From assembly GCA_964613135.1 (NCBI GenBank), contig CAZTHI010000001.1, forward strand, positions 14,029 through 70,324: a stretch of DNA of 56,296 nt, given 5' to 3'. Under the pieces are notes generated by a model. The model was not told the origin of the DNA. It was given only the letters and a program-made list of their open reading frames with translations, and searched no databases. This document shows, one piece after another, positions 33,993 through 43,087 of the stretch. Origin of the DNA: an uncultured Gammaproteobacteria bacterium (GTDB lineage Bacteria; Patescibacteriota; Microgenomatia; PFEM01; CAZTHI01). The position numbers and the translations under genes are program-made. Position 1 is the first letter of the stretch; each line of letters starts with the position of its first letter.

Positions 33993-34831
33993 CTCTTATT
34001 TTTGACGGCAGAAAATTAGCAGCGGAAAAAGAGAGAAAGCTGGCTTTGGCGGTGGCGGAGTTCAAAAAGGCTCACGGATTTAGCCCGAAGTTAGTCAGTA
34101 TTTTGATTGGCGATAATCCGGCCAGCGTCAAATATTTGGCGATTAAAAAGGCGGTCGGCGAGCGGGTGGGGATGGTCGTGGAAGAGGTGAAGTTTGGGGA
34201 AGAGGTCGAACCTACGGCGATTACCGCGCTCATCGAGGCCAAAAATAAAGAGACAAGGGTTCACGGAATTATGATCCAGATGCCCATCCCGAAGAAATTT
34301 TCAATTTTCAATTTTCAATTTTCAATTGCTCCAGATAAAGACGTGGATTGCCTGACGGCGGAAAACCTAAGACTACTCGCTGAGGGCCGACCGCGGTTTT
34401 TGCCGGCAACGACCGCCGCCATCATGGCGGTGATTGATCATTTTTCCAGGATCGGAGATACGATTCCGATCCAGGATCAGAAAATCATGGTAGTAGGTAA
34501 TCGGGGTTTTGTGGGGGAATCATTATTTGCTTATTTGCAAGGACAAAAGTTGAATGTTGTGGGGGTGGACAAAGAAGTTGCCGACCTTGGCAGCATCATC
34601 CGGCAAGCCGATATTTTGATTTCTTGCACCGGCCGGCCGGGTTTAATTAAAAAAGAGATGGTTAAAAAAGGCGCGGCGGTGATTGACGTTGGTTATCCGA
34701 GGGCAGATGTTGATTTTGCCGAGGTAGCCAAAATAGCTTCTTTTATTACCCCCGTTCCCGGCGGCGTCGGCCCCCTGACCGTCATTTCGCTTTTGGAAAA
34801 TGTTTTGCTGGTAGCCAACCACTTGTTTTAG
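33989..34831 (+). CDS. folD: methylene-THF dehydrogenase/cyclohydrolase
   Basis: 'HGIMIQMPIP...DKDVD', 'PVPGGVGPLT'. Confidence 0.85.
   Translation: MTLIFDGRKLAAEKERKLALAVAEFKKAHGFSPKLVSILIGDNPASVKYLAIKKAVGERVGMVVEEVKFGEEVEPTAITALIEAKNKETRVHGIMIQMPIPKKFSIFNFQFSIAPDKDVDCLTAENLRLLAEGRPRFLPATTAAIMAVIDHFSRIGDTIPIQDQKIMVVGNRGFVGESLFAYLQGQKLNVVGVDKEVADLGSIIRQADILISCTGRPGLIKKEMVKKGAAVIDVGYPRADVDFAEVAKIASFITPVPGGVGPLTVISLLENVLLVANHLF
34296..34327. repeat. heptamer array AATTTTC x4
   Basis: Encodes FSIFNFQFSI. Confidence 0.9.
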
Positions 34832-34842
34832 TAAAATAATTT

Positions 34843-34851
34843 TGATAGAAT
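34843..34851 (+). promoter_or_regulatory. extended -10 (TGATAGAAT) for rpsB, with a leader of about 68 nt
   Basis: The leader carries the hairpin ctgtcag(34869-75)/ctgacag(34893-99). Unlike most genes here, rpsB is not leaderless. Confidence 0.5.
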
Positions 34852-34925
34852 AACACCATTACACACATCTGTCAGGGCCCTTCTGATCACTTCTGACAGG
34901 TGGCGGGACAAGAAGGGCAGCCAAA

Positions 34926-35645
34926 ATGGTAAAGGCAAAAAAAGAAATCAAAAAAGTCGCCCAAAAAGTTGAAATCGACCTCAAGGAGCTCTTAGAGGCC
35001 GGTTGTCATTTCGGTCATCAGGCCCAGCGCTGGAATCCCCGCATGCGGCCCTATATTTTTGATGTCCGCGGCGGCGTCCATATTTTTGATTTGGCTAAAA
35101 CCAAACTTGGCTTAGAGGAGGCGACCGCTTTCGCCAAGACAACCGCAGCCAACGGCGGCAAGATTATTTTTTTGGGGACAAAGCGGCAATCTCAGGAAAT
35201 TATCCGGGAAGCGGCTAAAAAAGCCGGCATGCCTTATATCGCCGAGCGGTGGATGGGTGGTTTGCTGACCAATTGGGAACAAGTCAAAAAGAGCATCGAC
35301 CGGCTCATTAAGATGAAAGAAGATCGGACAGCGGGCGCCTTTAAAAAATACACTAAAAAAGAGCAGCTATTAATGGATCGGGAAATTGCCCGTCTGGAAA
35401 AATTTTTCGGGGGATTGGTGGATCTTAAAGAACTGCCAGCCGCTCTTTTTATTGTCGATGTTAAAAAAGAGGGGTCAGCGGTGCGGGAAGCCCAAAGAAT
35501 GAATGTGCCCATCATCGGCTTGGTCGACTCCAATTGCGACCCGACGCCGATTGACTGGGTCATTCCCGCCAATGATGATGCTGTCGGCTCGATTCAATTT
35601 GTGGTCGATAAAATGGCCGAGGCCGTGATGGGAGCTAAAAAATGA
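34926..35645 (+). CDS. rpsB: 30S ribosomal protein S2
   Basis: 'LLEAGCHFGHQAQRWNP'. Confidence 0.9.
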   Translation: MVKAKKEIKKVAQKVEIDLKELLEAGCHFGHQAQRWNPRMRPYIFDVRGGVHIFDLAKTKLGLEEATAFAKTTAANGGKIIFLGTKRQSQEIIREAAKKAGMPYIAERWMGGLLTNWEQVKKSIDRLIKMKEDRTAGAFKKYTKKEQLLMDREIARLEKFFGGLVDLKELPAALFIVDVKKEGSAVREAQRMNVPIIGLVDSNCDPTPIDWVIPANDDAVGSIQFVVDKMAEAVMGAKK

Positions 35646-36106
35646 CCAAAATAACTTTAGCGGATGTCGTCGCCTTACGGAAAAAAACCAAGGCCGGCGT
35701 CATGGATTGTCGGAAGGCGTTGGAGCAATCCGGTGGTGATATGGCCAAGGCTCAGGCTTGGATTCGGGAAAAGGGCATTCAAAAGGCAGCTAAAAGGGTT
35801 GATCGGGAGGTGGCCCAGGGGATGATTGAGGCTTATAGTCACGCCGACGGTAAGATTGTCGCGGTGGTGGAACTGCGGTGTGAGACCGATTTTGTCGCTC
35901 GCAACGCGGATTTCCGGAACTTGGCTCACGAAATTGCCTTGCAAGTGACCTCCATGAACCCCAAAACCGTAGAGGAATTGCTAGAGCAGTCCTGGATCAG
36001 AGATGAGAGCCGAAAAATAGGTGATTTGGTGAAAGAGACCGTGGGTAAATTTGGCGAAAACATCGTGGTGGCCAAAATCGCCCGGTTTGAGTTAGGGAAA
36101 AAGTGA
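35642..36106 (+). CDS. tsf: elongation factor Ts (short form)
   Basis: 'LRKKTKAGVMDCRKAL' (UBA-like N-terminus), 'ELRCETDFVARN'. Confidence 0.8.
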   Translation: MTKITLADVVALRKKTKAGVMDCRKALEQSGGDMAKAQAWIREKGIQKAAKRVDREVAQGMIEAYSHADGKIVAVVELRCETDFVARNADFRNLAHEIALQVTSMNPKTVEELLEQSWIRDESRKIGDLVKETVGKFGENIVVAKIARFELGKK

Positions 36107-36107
36107 T

Positions 36108-36659
36108 ATGGATGTAAACGAAACCAGGTCGAGGATGACGAAAGTTATTTTGCTGCTGGCCGAAGAACTGGCCGGGCTAAAGGCGGGCCGGGCCAATCCG
36201 GCGATGATTGAGCGGATTCTAGTCGAGGCCTATGAAACCAAAATGCCCTTGCTTGAGCTGGCCACGATTACGATGGCGCCGCCAAATCAGCTGTTAATTA
36301 CGCCTTTTGATCAAGCGATTATTAGAAACATTGAAAAGGCCCTCAATGTGGACCGCAATTTAGGGTTAAGTGTTTCGGTTGACGGGCCAACCATCCGGGT
36401 GGGCGTGCCGTCTTTAACCCAGGAGCGTCGGGAGCAATTTGTCAAAATCTTAAATCAAAAATTGGAATCCGCCAAGATCATGATCCGGCAGGTCCGCCAC
36501 GAGGTAATGACGGAGATCAAACGATCCGCCGAAGCCAAGGAAACCAACAAGGATGAGCGGTTTGACCAAGAGGAAGAGCTTCAGAAAATAACCGATGAGT
36601 TTGTGGGAAAAATTGAGGAAATGGGGAAGGCGAAAGAAGCGGAATTGCTACAAATCTAG
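36108..36659 (+). CDS. frr: ribosome recycling factor
   Basis: 'LKAGRANPAMIERILVEAY', 'PSLTQERREQ'. Confidence 0.85.
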   Translation: MDVNETRSRMTKVILLLAEELAGLKAGRANPAMIERILVEAYETKMPLLELATITMAPPNQLLITPFDQAIIRNIEKALNVDRNLGLSVSVDGPTIRVGVPSLTQERREQFVKILNQKLESAKIMIRQVRHEVMTEIKRSAEAKETNKDERFDQEEELQKITDEFVGKIEEMGKAKEAELLQI

Positions 36660-36662
36660 TTT

Positions 36663-37838
36663 ATGTTATTAACTCTCGTTACTTTCTTGTTTGTTTTGTC
36701 GTTGTTGGTTCTGGTCCACGAAGGTGGTCATTTTTTGGCGGCCAAAAAAGCGGGGATTAGGGTGGAAGAATTCGGCCTGGGCTACCCCCCGAAAATTTTT
36801 GCCAAAAAAATCAAGGGTACGATCTATTCGCTTAACGCCATTCCTTTCGGCGGCTTTGTTCGGCTTTTGGGAGAGGAATTGGAAGAAAGTTCAAAGTTCA
36901 AAGTTCAAAGTTCAAAGTTTTCTTTCGTGGCTAAAAGTAAAAAAGCCAGGGCATTGGTGATTGTGGCCGGCGTGACGGCGAACTTTTTGCTGGCGATTTT
37001 GGCTTTCTCGGTTATTTACGTTGTTTCCGGTATTCCTACCAAAACTGCCCTGGTCAAAGTTGTTGGCGTTTTGTCGGATTCACCGGCCCAACAAGCGGGG
37101 ATTAAAGAAGGCGATGTCATTTTGGCGGTGGATGAAGAAAAGATTGATAATTTGGAAAAATTTACCAACCTGGTCAAGGAGAAAAGTGAGCAACAGATCA
37201 GAATGACTTTGGCCAGGGCAGTCGCCAATCCTTGCGCGGCAAAAGTTTTTGGCGGCGGGACCGGCTTTAGCTGCCAGGACGGGAATTTAATGTTGTGGTT
37301 GACGCCCCGCAGTAGTCCGCCTGATGGTCAAGGACCATTAGGGGTGGTGGTTTCCGATGTGGAGATGAAGAAATATCCTTTTTGGCAAATGCCCCTTCGG
37401 GGTTTAGCCGAGGGAGCCAAAGAAACCTTTGGTTGGGTCAAATTGACTTTGACGGGCTTGGGCACGATGCTGAGCGATTTGTTTAGACATGGGGCGGTGC
37501 CCAAAGATATGGCTGGGCCGGTGGGGATTTTACAAATTTCCGGTCTGGCGGCTCAATCGGGATTTTGGGCGGTGTTGCAGCTGATCGGTATTTTATCGGT
37601 TAATCTGGCGGTTTTAAATATTTTGCCTTTTCCGGCCTTAGACGGCGGCCGGCTGGTTTTTATTGTCTATGAGGCGGTTTTCCGGCGCCGGCCCAAAGCC
37701 TCGTTTGAGCAGGTGATTAACACCGCCGGCATGGCGCTGTTACTCTTTTTAATTACCCTAGTGACGATCAACGACATCGGTCGGATTTTGGAAGCCAATA
37801 ATTTTCTTTCTCGTCTCCGCACCCTCTGGCCGTTTTAA
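36663..37838 (+). CDS. rseP: RIP metalloprotease RseP (M50, PDZ)
   Basis: 'HEGGHFLAAK', 'NILPFPALDGGRL'. Confidence 0.85.
   Translation: MLLTLVTFLFVLSLLVLVHEGGHFLAAKKAGIRVEEFGLGYPPKIFAKKIKGTIYSLNAIPFGGFVRLLGEELEESSKFKVQSSKFSFVAKSKKARALVIVAGVTANFLLAILAFSVIYVVSGIPTKTALVKVVGVLSDSPAQQAGIKEGDVILAVDEEKIDNLEKFTNLVKEKSEQQIRMTLARAVANPCAAKVFGGGTGFSCQDGNLMLWLTPRSSPPDGQGPLGVVVSDVEMKKYPFWQMPLRGLAEGAKETFGWVKLTLTGLGTMLSDLFRHGAVPKDMAGPVGILQISGLAAQSGFWAVLQLIGILSVNLAVLNILPFPALDGGRLVFIVYEAVFRRRPKASFEQVINTAGMALLLFLITLVTINDIGRILEANNFLSRLRTLWPF
36887..36919. repeat. heptamer array AAGTTCA x4
   Basis: Encodes SKFKVQSSKF. Confidence 0.9.
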
Positions 37839-37892
37839 CCAGAGGTGTGCTACCTGACACACCTCTAAGGTGTGAGAAATGAAAAATGACCC

Positions 37893-37921
37893 TTGACAAA
37901 TTTTCCTCTTGGTGTTAACAT
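37893..37921 (+). promoter_or_regulatory. promoter TTGACA-17-TAACAT (TGt extension)
   Basis: The ATG at 37932 is 10 nt after the -10. Confidence 0.6.
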
Positions 37922-37931
37922 GTGTATACAT

Positions 37932-38186
37932 ATGTTGAATAAGCGCACTCAGATTTTATTTGATAATGATTTTTGGAGCGAGCTTTTGGTTTTGGCTAAA
38001 GCCAGGCAAATGTCCGTGGGGGAATTGGTGAGAAATGCTTTAAGAGAAACCTATTTTGCTGGTAATGACAAACAGAAAATGGCTAAAGAAAGAGCTTTTG
38101 AAAATATTTTAAACTTGAAAAAAACAATTAAGCCCATTAGCATTGAAAAGATCGGGCAGCTTATTAATTATGGCCGGAAGTATTAA
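37932..38186 (+). CDS. ribbon-helix-helix antitoxin (VapB-like)
   Basis: 'KRTQILFDNDFWSELLVLAKARQMSVGELVRNAL'. Confidence 0.6.
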   Translation: MLNKRTQILFDNDFWSELLVLAKARQMSVGELVRNALRETYFAGNDKQKMAKERAFENILNLKKTIKPISIEKIGQLINYGRKY

Positions 38187-38559
38187 AAAATGTTTTGTGG
38201 TGGAGGCCTCTTTTGTTTTGAGTTTTCTTCTAAGAGAAGAAGAGGCTCTCGCAGAGATTTTTAAAGATTATGTTAACGGCAGAGTAGAATTTGTCACCAG
38301 CGACCTCTTAAAATACGAGGTCGGCAATGGTTTAAGATCGGCCGTTCTAAAAAAAAGGATAAGCTCCAAGACCGCCAGGGCTATTTACCAAGAATTTTTG
38401 GTCCTGGGAATCAGTGAGGAAGTGCCCGGCCCGCTACAGACCCTAAAAATTGCCCTTTTACGAAAGATCAGTTTTTATGATGCTTCGTATTTAGCCTTAA
38501 GCCGGCAAAAAGGCTGGCCTCTTTTAACTAGAGACAAGGCACTAGAGTTATTAAAATAA
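38170..38559 (+). CDS. PIN-domain toxin (VapC-like)
   Basis: 'FYDASYLALS', 'LLTRDKAL'. The first acidic residue is E ('VVEASF'). Overlaps the antitoxin by 17 nt. Confidence 0.6.
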   Translation: MAGSIKKCFVVEASFVLSFLLREEEALAEIFKDYVNGRVEFVTSDLLKYEVGNGLRSAVLKKRISSKTARAIYQEFLVLGISEEVPGPLQTLKIALLRKISFYDASYLALSRQKGWPLLTRDKALELLK

Positions 38560-38574
38560 TCTTGACAATTTAAT

Positions 38575-38814
38575 AAAAGCGATGAAGGGGTTTCCCACCC
38601 CTTTAACCCTGAGCGAAGTCGAAGGGGGAGCTGCCAGCGAAAAGCTGAGCCGGAAGCCGAACCGTCAAATACGGACGCTGATATTGGCGTAAAGCATAAA
38701 GTCAGCTATTAAGGTCTCGATGGCAACATTGAGGCAAAACAAAGTGGTACCGCGAGAAAACTCGCCTTTGTTTCTCACTGGAAAGTGGGGAATGGAGGCG
38801 AGTTTTTTTATTTT
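38575..38814 (+). promoter_or_regulatory. T-box leader upstream of proS
   Basis: The conserved T-box core 'AGTGGTACCGCG' lies at 38743-38754, directly followed by a terminator. A GNRA-capped helix (cagc-gaaaa-gctg) lies upstream. Confidence 0.6.
38758..38814 (+). terminator. T-box terminator
   Basis: aaactcgcc...ggcgagttt stem followed by TTTTTTTATTTT. Confidence 0.6.
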
Positions 38815-38860
38815 AGTGGCTAGAAAAGAGAGAATGTGATAAAGTAAAAGAGGTTTTATA

Positions 38861-40297
38861 ATGAACAGCGCGAATTTTCAGAAAAAAGAAATCCAGAAAA
38901 AGTCCCAAGACATTGCCGCTTGGTACACTGATGTTATTTTAAAATCGGAGTTGGCGGATTACGCGCCCGTTAAGGGCGGCATGGTCATCCGGCCTTATGG
39001 TTATGCCCTCTGGGAGAAAATCCAAGAATATCTGGGCGGACTGATTAAAAAGCGCGGGGTCAAAAACGCCTATTTCCCGCTTTTTATTCCCGAAAGCTAT
39101 TTACAAAAAGAAAAAGAGCACGTGGCCGGCTTTTCGCCGCAAATGGCGGTGGTTACTTTTGCCGGCGGCGAGGAATTAAAAGAAAAGCTGGTCGTCCGGC
39201 CCACCTCGGAAACAATTATGTATGAGATGTATAAAAAGTGGACCCAGAGCTGGCGGGACTTGCCGATTCTGATTAATCAATGGAATAATGTCGTCCGCTG
39301 GGAAAAACGAACCTATCTGTTTTTGCGCACCTCCGAATTTTTATGGCAGGAAGGCCACTGCGCCCATGCCACTCATGAAGAATCAAAGGCCACCGTTTCG
39401 TGGGCCTTGAAGTCTTATGTTGATACTTATCAGAACTTATTGGCCGTTTATGGCATTTCGGGAGCCAAAAGCGAGGCGGAGAAATTTGCCGGCGCCGACA
39501 AGACTTATACCTACGAAATTTTGATGCCCGACGGCAAGGCGCTCCAGGGCTGTACTTCCCATGATTTGGGCCAAAAATTTGCCAAGGCTTTTGCTTGGAC
39601 GGTACCCGATCAGGCCGGTAAGCCGCTTTATCCTTGGCAAAACAGCTGGGGTTTTTCCACCCGGAGCATTGGCGCCTTAATCGCGGTTCATGGCGACGAC
39701 AATGGGCTGATTTTGCCGCCTCAAGTTGCCCCCATCCAAATTATTATTGTTCCCATTCCCGGTTCAACCAAGGCGGCGGAATATGCCAAAATTGTCCAGG
39801 GTAATCTTGAAAAAGACTATCGTTGCGAGACTGACAACGAAGAGGGCAAAACCGCCGGCTACAAGTTTAATAAATGGGAATTAAGGGGCGTGCCGTTGCG
39901 AATCGAAGTGGGCGAGCGGGAAGCCAATAATCAAAAAGTGACTTTGGTGAGGCGAGATAAAGGCGAAAAGGCGACTGTTTCTCTGGAAGCGCTAACGGGC
40001 GAGGTGGGTAATTTATTAACCGAGATTCAAGATAATCTTTTGGGTCGCCACCAAAAATTTACCCAAGAAAATACCCATGAAGTGAATGCTTATGAGGCCT
40101 TTAAGCAGATTATGGCCGCCGGCCGGGGATTTATCGCCGCTTTTTGGTGCGAGAATCCCGCTTGCGAGGCGAAAATTAAAGAGGAAACCAAGGCCTCGGT
40201 CCGCTGTTTGCCTCTAGATGCCAAGAAGGCGAATGGTAAATGCATTTATTGCGGCAAGGAAGCCTTTCATCGCTGGCTTTTTGCCCAGTCTTATTAG
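38861..40297 (+). CDS. proS: prolyl-tRNA synthetase (archaeal/eukaryote-like type)
   Basis: 478 aa, class II motifs, C-terminal 'CIYCGKEA' zinc motif. Confidence 0.9.
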   Translation: MNSANFQKKEIQKKSQDIAAWYTDVILKSELADYAPVKGGMVIRPYGYALWEKIQEYLGGLIKKRGVKNAYFPLFIPESYLQKEKEHVAGFSPQMAVVTFAGGEELKEKLVVRPTSETIMYEMYKKWTQSWRDLPILINQWNNVVRWEKRTYLFLRTSEFLWQEGHCAHATHEESKATVSWALKSYVDTYQNLLAVYGISGAKSEAEKFAGADKTYTYEILMPDGKALQGCTSHDLGQKFAKAFAWTVPDQAGKPLYPWQNSWGFSTRSIGALIAVHGDDNGLILPPQVAPIQIIIVPIPGSTKAAEYAKIVQGNLEKDYRCETDNEEGKTAGYKFNKWELRGVPLRIEVGEREANNQKVTLVRRDKGEKATVSLEALTGEVGNLLTEIQDNLLGRHQKFTQENTHEVNAYEAFKQIMAAGRGFIAAFWCENPACEAKIKEETKASVRCLPLDAKKANGKCIYCGKEAFHRWLFAQSY

Positions 40298-40301
40298 TTT
40301 T

Positions 40302-40310
40302 TGTTAGAAT
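40302..40310 (+). promoter_or_regulatory. extended -10 (TGTTAGAAT), 7 nt before the ATG at 40318
   Basis: TGTTAGAAT-accctca-ATG. Confidence 0.6.
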
Positions 40311-40317
40311 ACCCTCA

Positions 40318-41332
40318 ATGAAAAAACGGCCGAAGATTGTGGTGCTGGGTGGGGGAACGGGAACGTACGTGGTACTTTCCGGTTTGCGGGATTTTCTGGT
40401 TGACTTAACGGCGATTGTTTCCATAGCAGTTTAGCAAACTGATATATCGAACTCCGTTCGCTATGGCCGATTCGGGCGGTTCTTCCGGTCGGCTGCGGGA
40501 TGAGTTTGGGATTTTGCCGCCGGGTAATGTCCGGCAGGCGCTATTGGCGCTTTCGGCCCTACCTCTGGAAAAAACCAAACTCCGCCAGCTTTTTGATTAC
40601 CGGTTTAGCAATGGCAACGGTCTGGCCGGTCATTCTTTCGGCAATCTTTTTTTAACCGCCCTGACTCATATCACCGGCCGGGAAGATTTGGCGATTAGGG
40701 AGGCGGCCAAAATTTTGGATGTCCAAGGCCAGGTTTTGCCGGTGACCATGGATCACTCTCATCTAGGGGCTAGGCTGGAGGACGGTACGATTATTAAAGG
40801 GGAAACCAATATTGACATCCGCCGCGTGCGACCTGATTTAAAAATTTTGGATGTTTTTCTGGATCCGCCGGCCAAAGTTTACCCTGAGGCGCGCAGGGCC
40901 ATTTTGGCGGCCGACTTGATCGTTTTGGCGCCGGGCGATCTTTATACCTCGCTGGTGCCTAACCTTTTGGTCGAGGGTGTTAATCAGGCGATCGTCAAAT
41001 CAACAGGGAAGCTGGTTTACGTTTGTAATTTAATGACCAAGCATGGGGAAACCGACGGCTTTGCCGTTTCCGATTATGTTGCGGAGGTAAAACGGTATTT
41101 GGGCAAGGCCGCTAAAAAGCTAACCCATGTTTTGGTCAATAACCAAACCGGCAAAATTCCCGCTACGCTTTTGCGCCGCTACCGGCAAGAAAGATCATTT
41201 CCGGTGAAAATTGATGAAGACAAATGCCAAAAATTGGAAGTAGAGCTGGTGGTTAAGCCCTTGGCCGCCGTCGGCCAATTGCTGCGCCACGATCCGGCCA
41301 AATTGGCGCGGGAAATTTCAAGACTCCTGTAA
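40318..41332 (+). pseudogene. YvcK/CofD-like (UPF0052) gene split by a 40-nt insert
   Basis: '[24 protein letters not shown]' ends at a TAG at 40432. 'MADSGGSSGRLRDEFGILPPGNVRQAL' resumes at 40463 in the +1 frame. Joined, they give the contiguous family motif IVSMADSGGS. Confidence 0.65.
40423..40462 (+). other. 40-nt structured insert inside yvcK
   Basis: atagcagtttagcaaactgatatatcgaactccgttcgct contains two hairpins (cagttt/aaactg and cgaac/gttcg), closed by ccatag/ctatgg. Confidence 0.7.
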
Positions 41333-41344
41333 TCACATTAACTC

Positions 41345-41373
41345 TTGACAAAGTTAATGTAAAATGATAGATT
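41345..41373 (+). promoter_or_regulatory. promoter TTGACA-17-TAGATT (TGa extension)
   Basis: The ATG at 41383 is 9 nt after the -10. Confidence 0.6.
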
Positions 41374-41382
41374 TAATGCAAG

Positions 41383-41655
41383 ATGAATTATTTGGTTTCC
41401 ATCACCTCGCAGGGTCAAATCAGCATTCCGGCGCCGATCAGACGGGAATTGGGGTTATTGGTTAAAAGAAAAGCTCTGGTAACGACTGATGGTCAAAGGG
41501 TTCTGGTTGAACCGGTGGAAGACCTTTTTTCTTTAGCCGGTGCTTTTAAGCATAAGGCAATGAGGGGTAAAACCATGCAGGAGATTATCGAAATTGAAGA
41601 ACAAGCGTGGGAAAAGGAAGCCGTAAAGCGCTATCTTAAAACTCTTAAGCAATGA
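41383..41655 (+). CDS. AbrB/SpoVT-family antitoxin
   Basis: 'SITSQGQISIPAPIRRELGL'. Confidence 0.65.
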   Translation: MNYLVSITSQGQISIPAPIRRELGLLVKRKALVTTDGQRVLVEPVEDLFSLAGAFKHKAMRGKTMQEIIEIEEQAWEKEAVKRYLKTLKQ

Positions 41656-42047
41656 AAACGCTGATTGCTGACACCAATTTTTATTTAAGATTTATTCTTC
41701 AGGATAATCCAAAACAATTTAAGATTGTCAACGAATTTCTGCGAAAAGCCCAGCAAAGAAAAATAAAAATCGTTTTTTTAAGTGAAGTTATTTTAGAAAT
41801 GGAGTTTGTTTTGCGAAGCGTTTATTTGTTCTCTCGGCCTGAACTGACCAAGGCTTTGGCCGGTTTGTTAAAGGTGGATTATCTGGCGATTGAAGAAAGA
41901 GATCTCTGGCTGGAGACTTTTGAAATTTTTTCCAAAAGTTCTCTTTCGCTTTTTGACATCTTTTTGTTTTTTAAGGCCAAAAGCCGAAAAGCTGAAGTTT
42001 TGACTTTTGATAAGGATTTTCGCAAGCTAGCCAAAATTTTGCCGTGA
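41652..42047 (+). CDS. PIN-domain toxin (VapC-like)
   Basis: 'LIADTNFYLRF', 'VLTFDKDF'. Confidence 0.65.
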   Translation: MKTLIADTNFYLRFILQDNPKQFKIVNEFLRKAQQRKIKIVFLSEVILEMEFVLRSVYLFSRPELTKALAGLLKVDYLAIEERDLWLETFEIFSKSSLSLFDIFLFFKAKSRKAEVLTFDKDFRKLAKILP

Positions 42048-42895
42048 AGAAAATCATCACCCATATTAATCCCGACACCGACGGCATTATTGCCGCCTGG
42101 CTGCTTAAAAAGTTCTTACCTGGTTGGGGAGAAGCGGAAATTGGTTTTGCCCAAGCCAACGAAGAAACCGTCCAAAAAGCGCAAGCGGCTGACGCGGAGA
42201 CACTTTTTGTGGATGTGGGCCGGGGCCAATTGGATCATCATCAGGCCGATAAAATTGTTTCCGCCGCTTCCTTGTGCTGGGAGTATATTAAGCAAAGCCG
42301 GCTACAGCAGCCGTTTAAAGAGTTGGACGATAAAGCGGTGACAATACTGGTTAACATTGAAACGGAAATCGACAACACCCGTGATCTGCATTGGCCGGAA
42401 GTGGGCGAGTATCGGACCGCCTTTTATTTCCAGAATATTATCGAAAGTCTGCGAGGCATGGCGGAAACTGATGATCAGGTAATGACGGTGGGGTTGAGAT
42501 TGACCGAAGCAATTTTTTTGAATCTGCAAAATAAAATTAAGGCGCGGGAAGAATTGGAAACCGGGACTAAATTTGTGACGCCTTGGGGGAAGGGGATCGG
42601 CATCGAAACCGGCAATAAATATGTCGGTTGGGAGGGCGAAGTGGCTGGCCTAGTGGTGATCATTCAGAAAGATCCGAAAAAAGGCGGCGTGCGGATTTAC
42701 GCCCGCTGGGACACCGGCGCCGATTTGACTGAGGTGTATAATAAAGTCAAGGCGGTTGACGGCGAGGCTAATTGGTTTTTGCATGCCAGTAAAAAACTAT
42801 TATTAAACTGGGCCTCGGTTAACAAGAGCATGAGGCCGACTAAACTTAGTTTGGAAGAGCTAATCCGAATTTTTGAAAATTTGAAAGGAGAGTGA
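42044..42895 (+). CDS. DHH-family phosphoesterase-like protein
   Basis: 'HINPDTDGIIAAW', 'VDVGRGQLDHHQ'. Confidence 0.55.
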   Translation: MKKIITHINPDTDGIIAAWLLKKFLPGWGEAEIGFAQANEETVQKAQAADAETLFVDVGRGQLDHHQADKIVSAASLCWEYIKQSRLQQPFKELDDKAVTILVNIETEIDNTRDLHWPEVGEYRTAFYFQNIIESLRGMAETDDQVMTVGLRLTEAIFLNLQNKIKAREELETGTKFVTPWGKGIGIETGNKYVGWEGEVAGLVVIIQKDPKKGGVRIYARWDTGADLTEVYNKVKAVDGEANWFLHASKKLLLNWASVNKSMRPTKLSLEELIRIFENLKGE

Positions 42896-42904
42896 AATAT
42901 CAAC

Positions 42905-43087
42905 ATGGCAACGATTGTTAAAAAAACCCCCGGCGAGACCGATGACCGGTTAATTGCCCGTTTCCGGAAAAAAGTCATTCAGGATGATGTCTTGAATGAT
43001 TTGCGGGAAAGGGAATTCTACAAGCCACCCTCATTACGTAAAAAAGAGCGCCTAGCAGTGCTAAGACGAACAAGGAGAAAATCGTGA
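42905..43087 (+). CDS. rpsU: 30S ribosomal protein S21
   Basis: 'DDRLIARFRKKV...FYKPPSLRKKER'. Confidence 0.85.
   Translation: MATIVKKTPGETDDRLIARFRKKVIQDDVLNDLREREFYKPPSLRKKERLAVLRRTRRKS

Noticed and set aside
37841-37866. Hairpin agaggtgtg/cacacctct after rseP considered as an intrinsic terminator
   Set aside because: No U-tract follows it. It may be a stabiliser or a weak terminator, and the evidence is too thin to call.
38562-38567. TTGACA hexamer considered as the T-box leader promoter
   Set aside because: No acceptable -10 lies 16-18 nt downstream (the sequence there is aagggg). The real promoter is undetermined.
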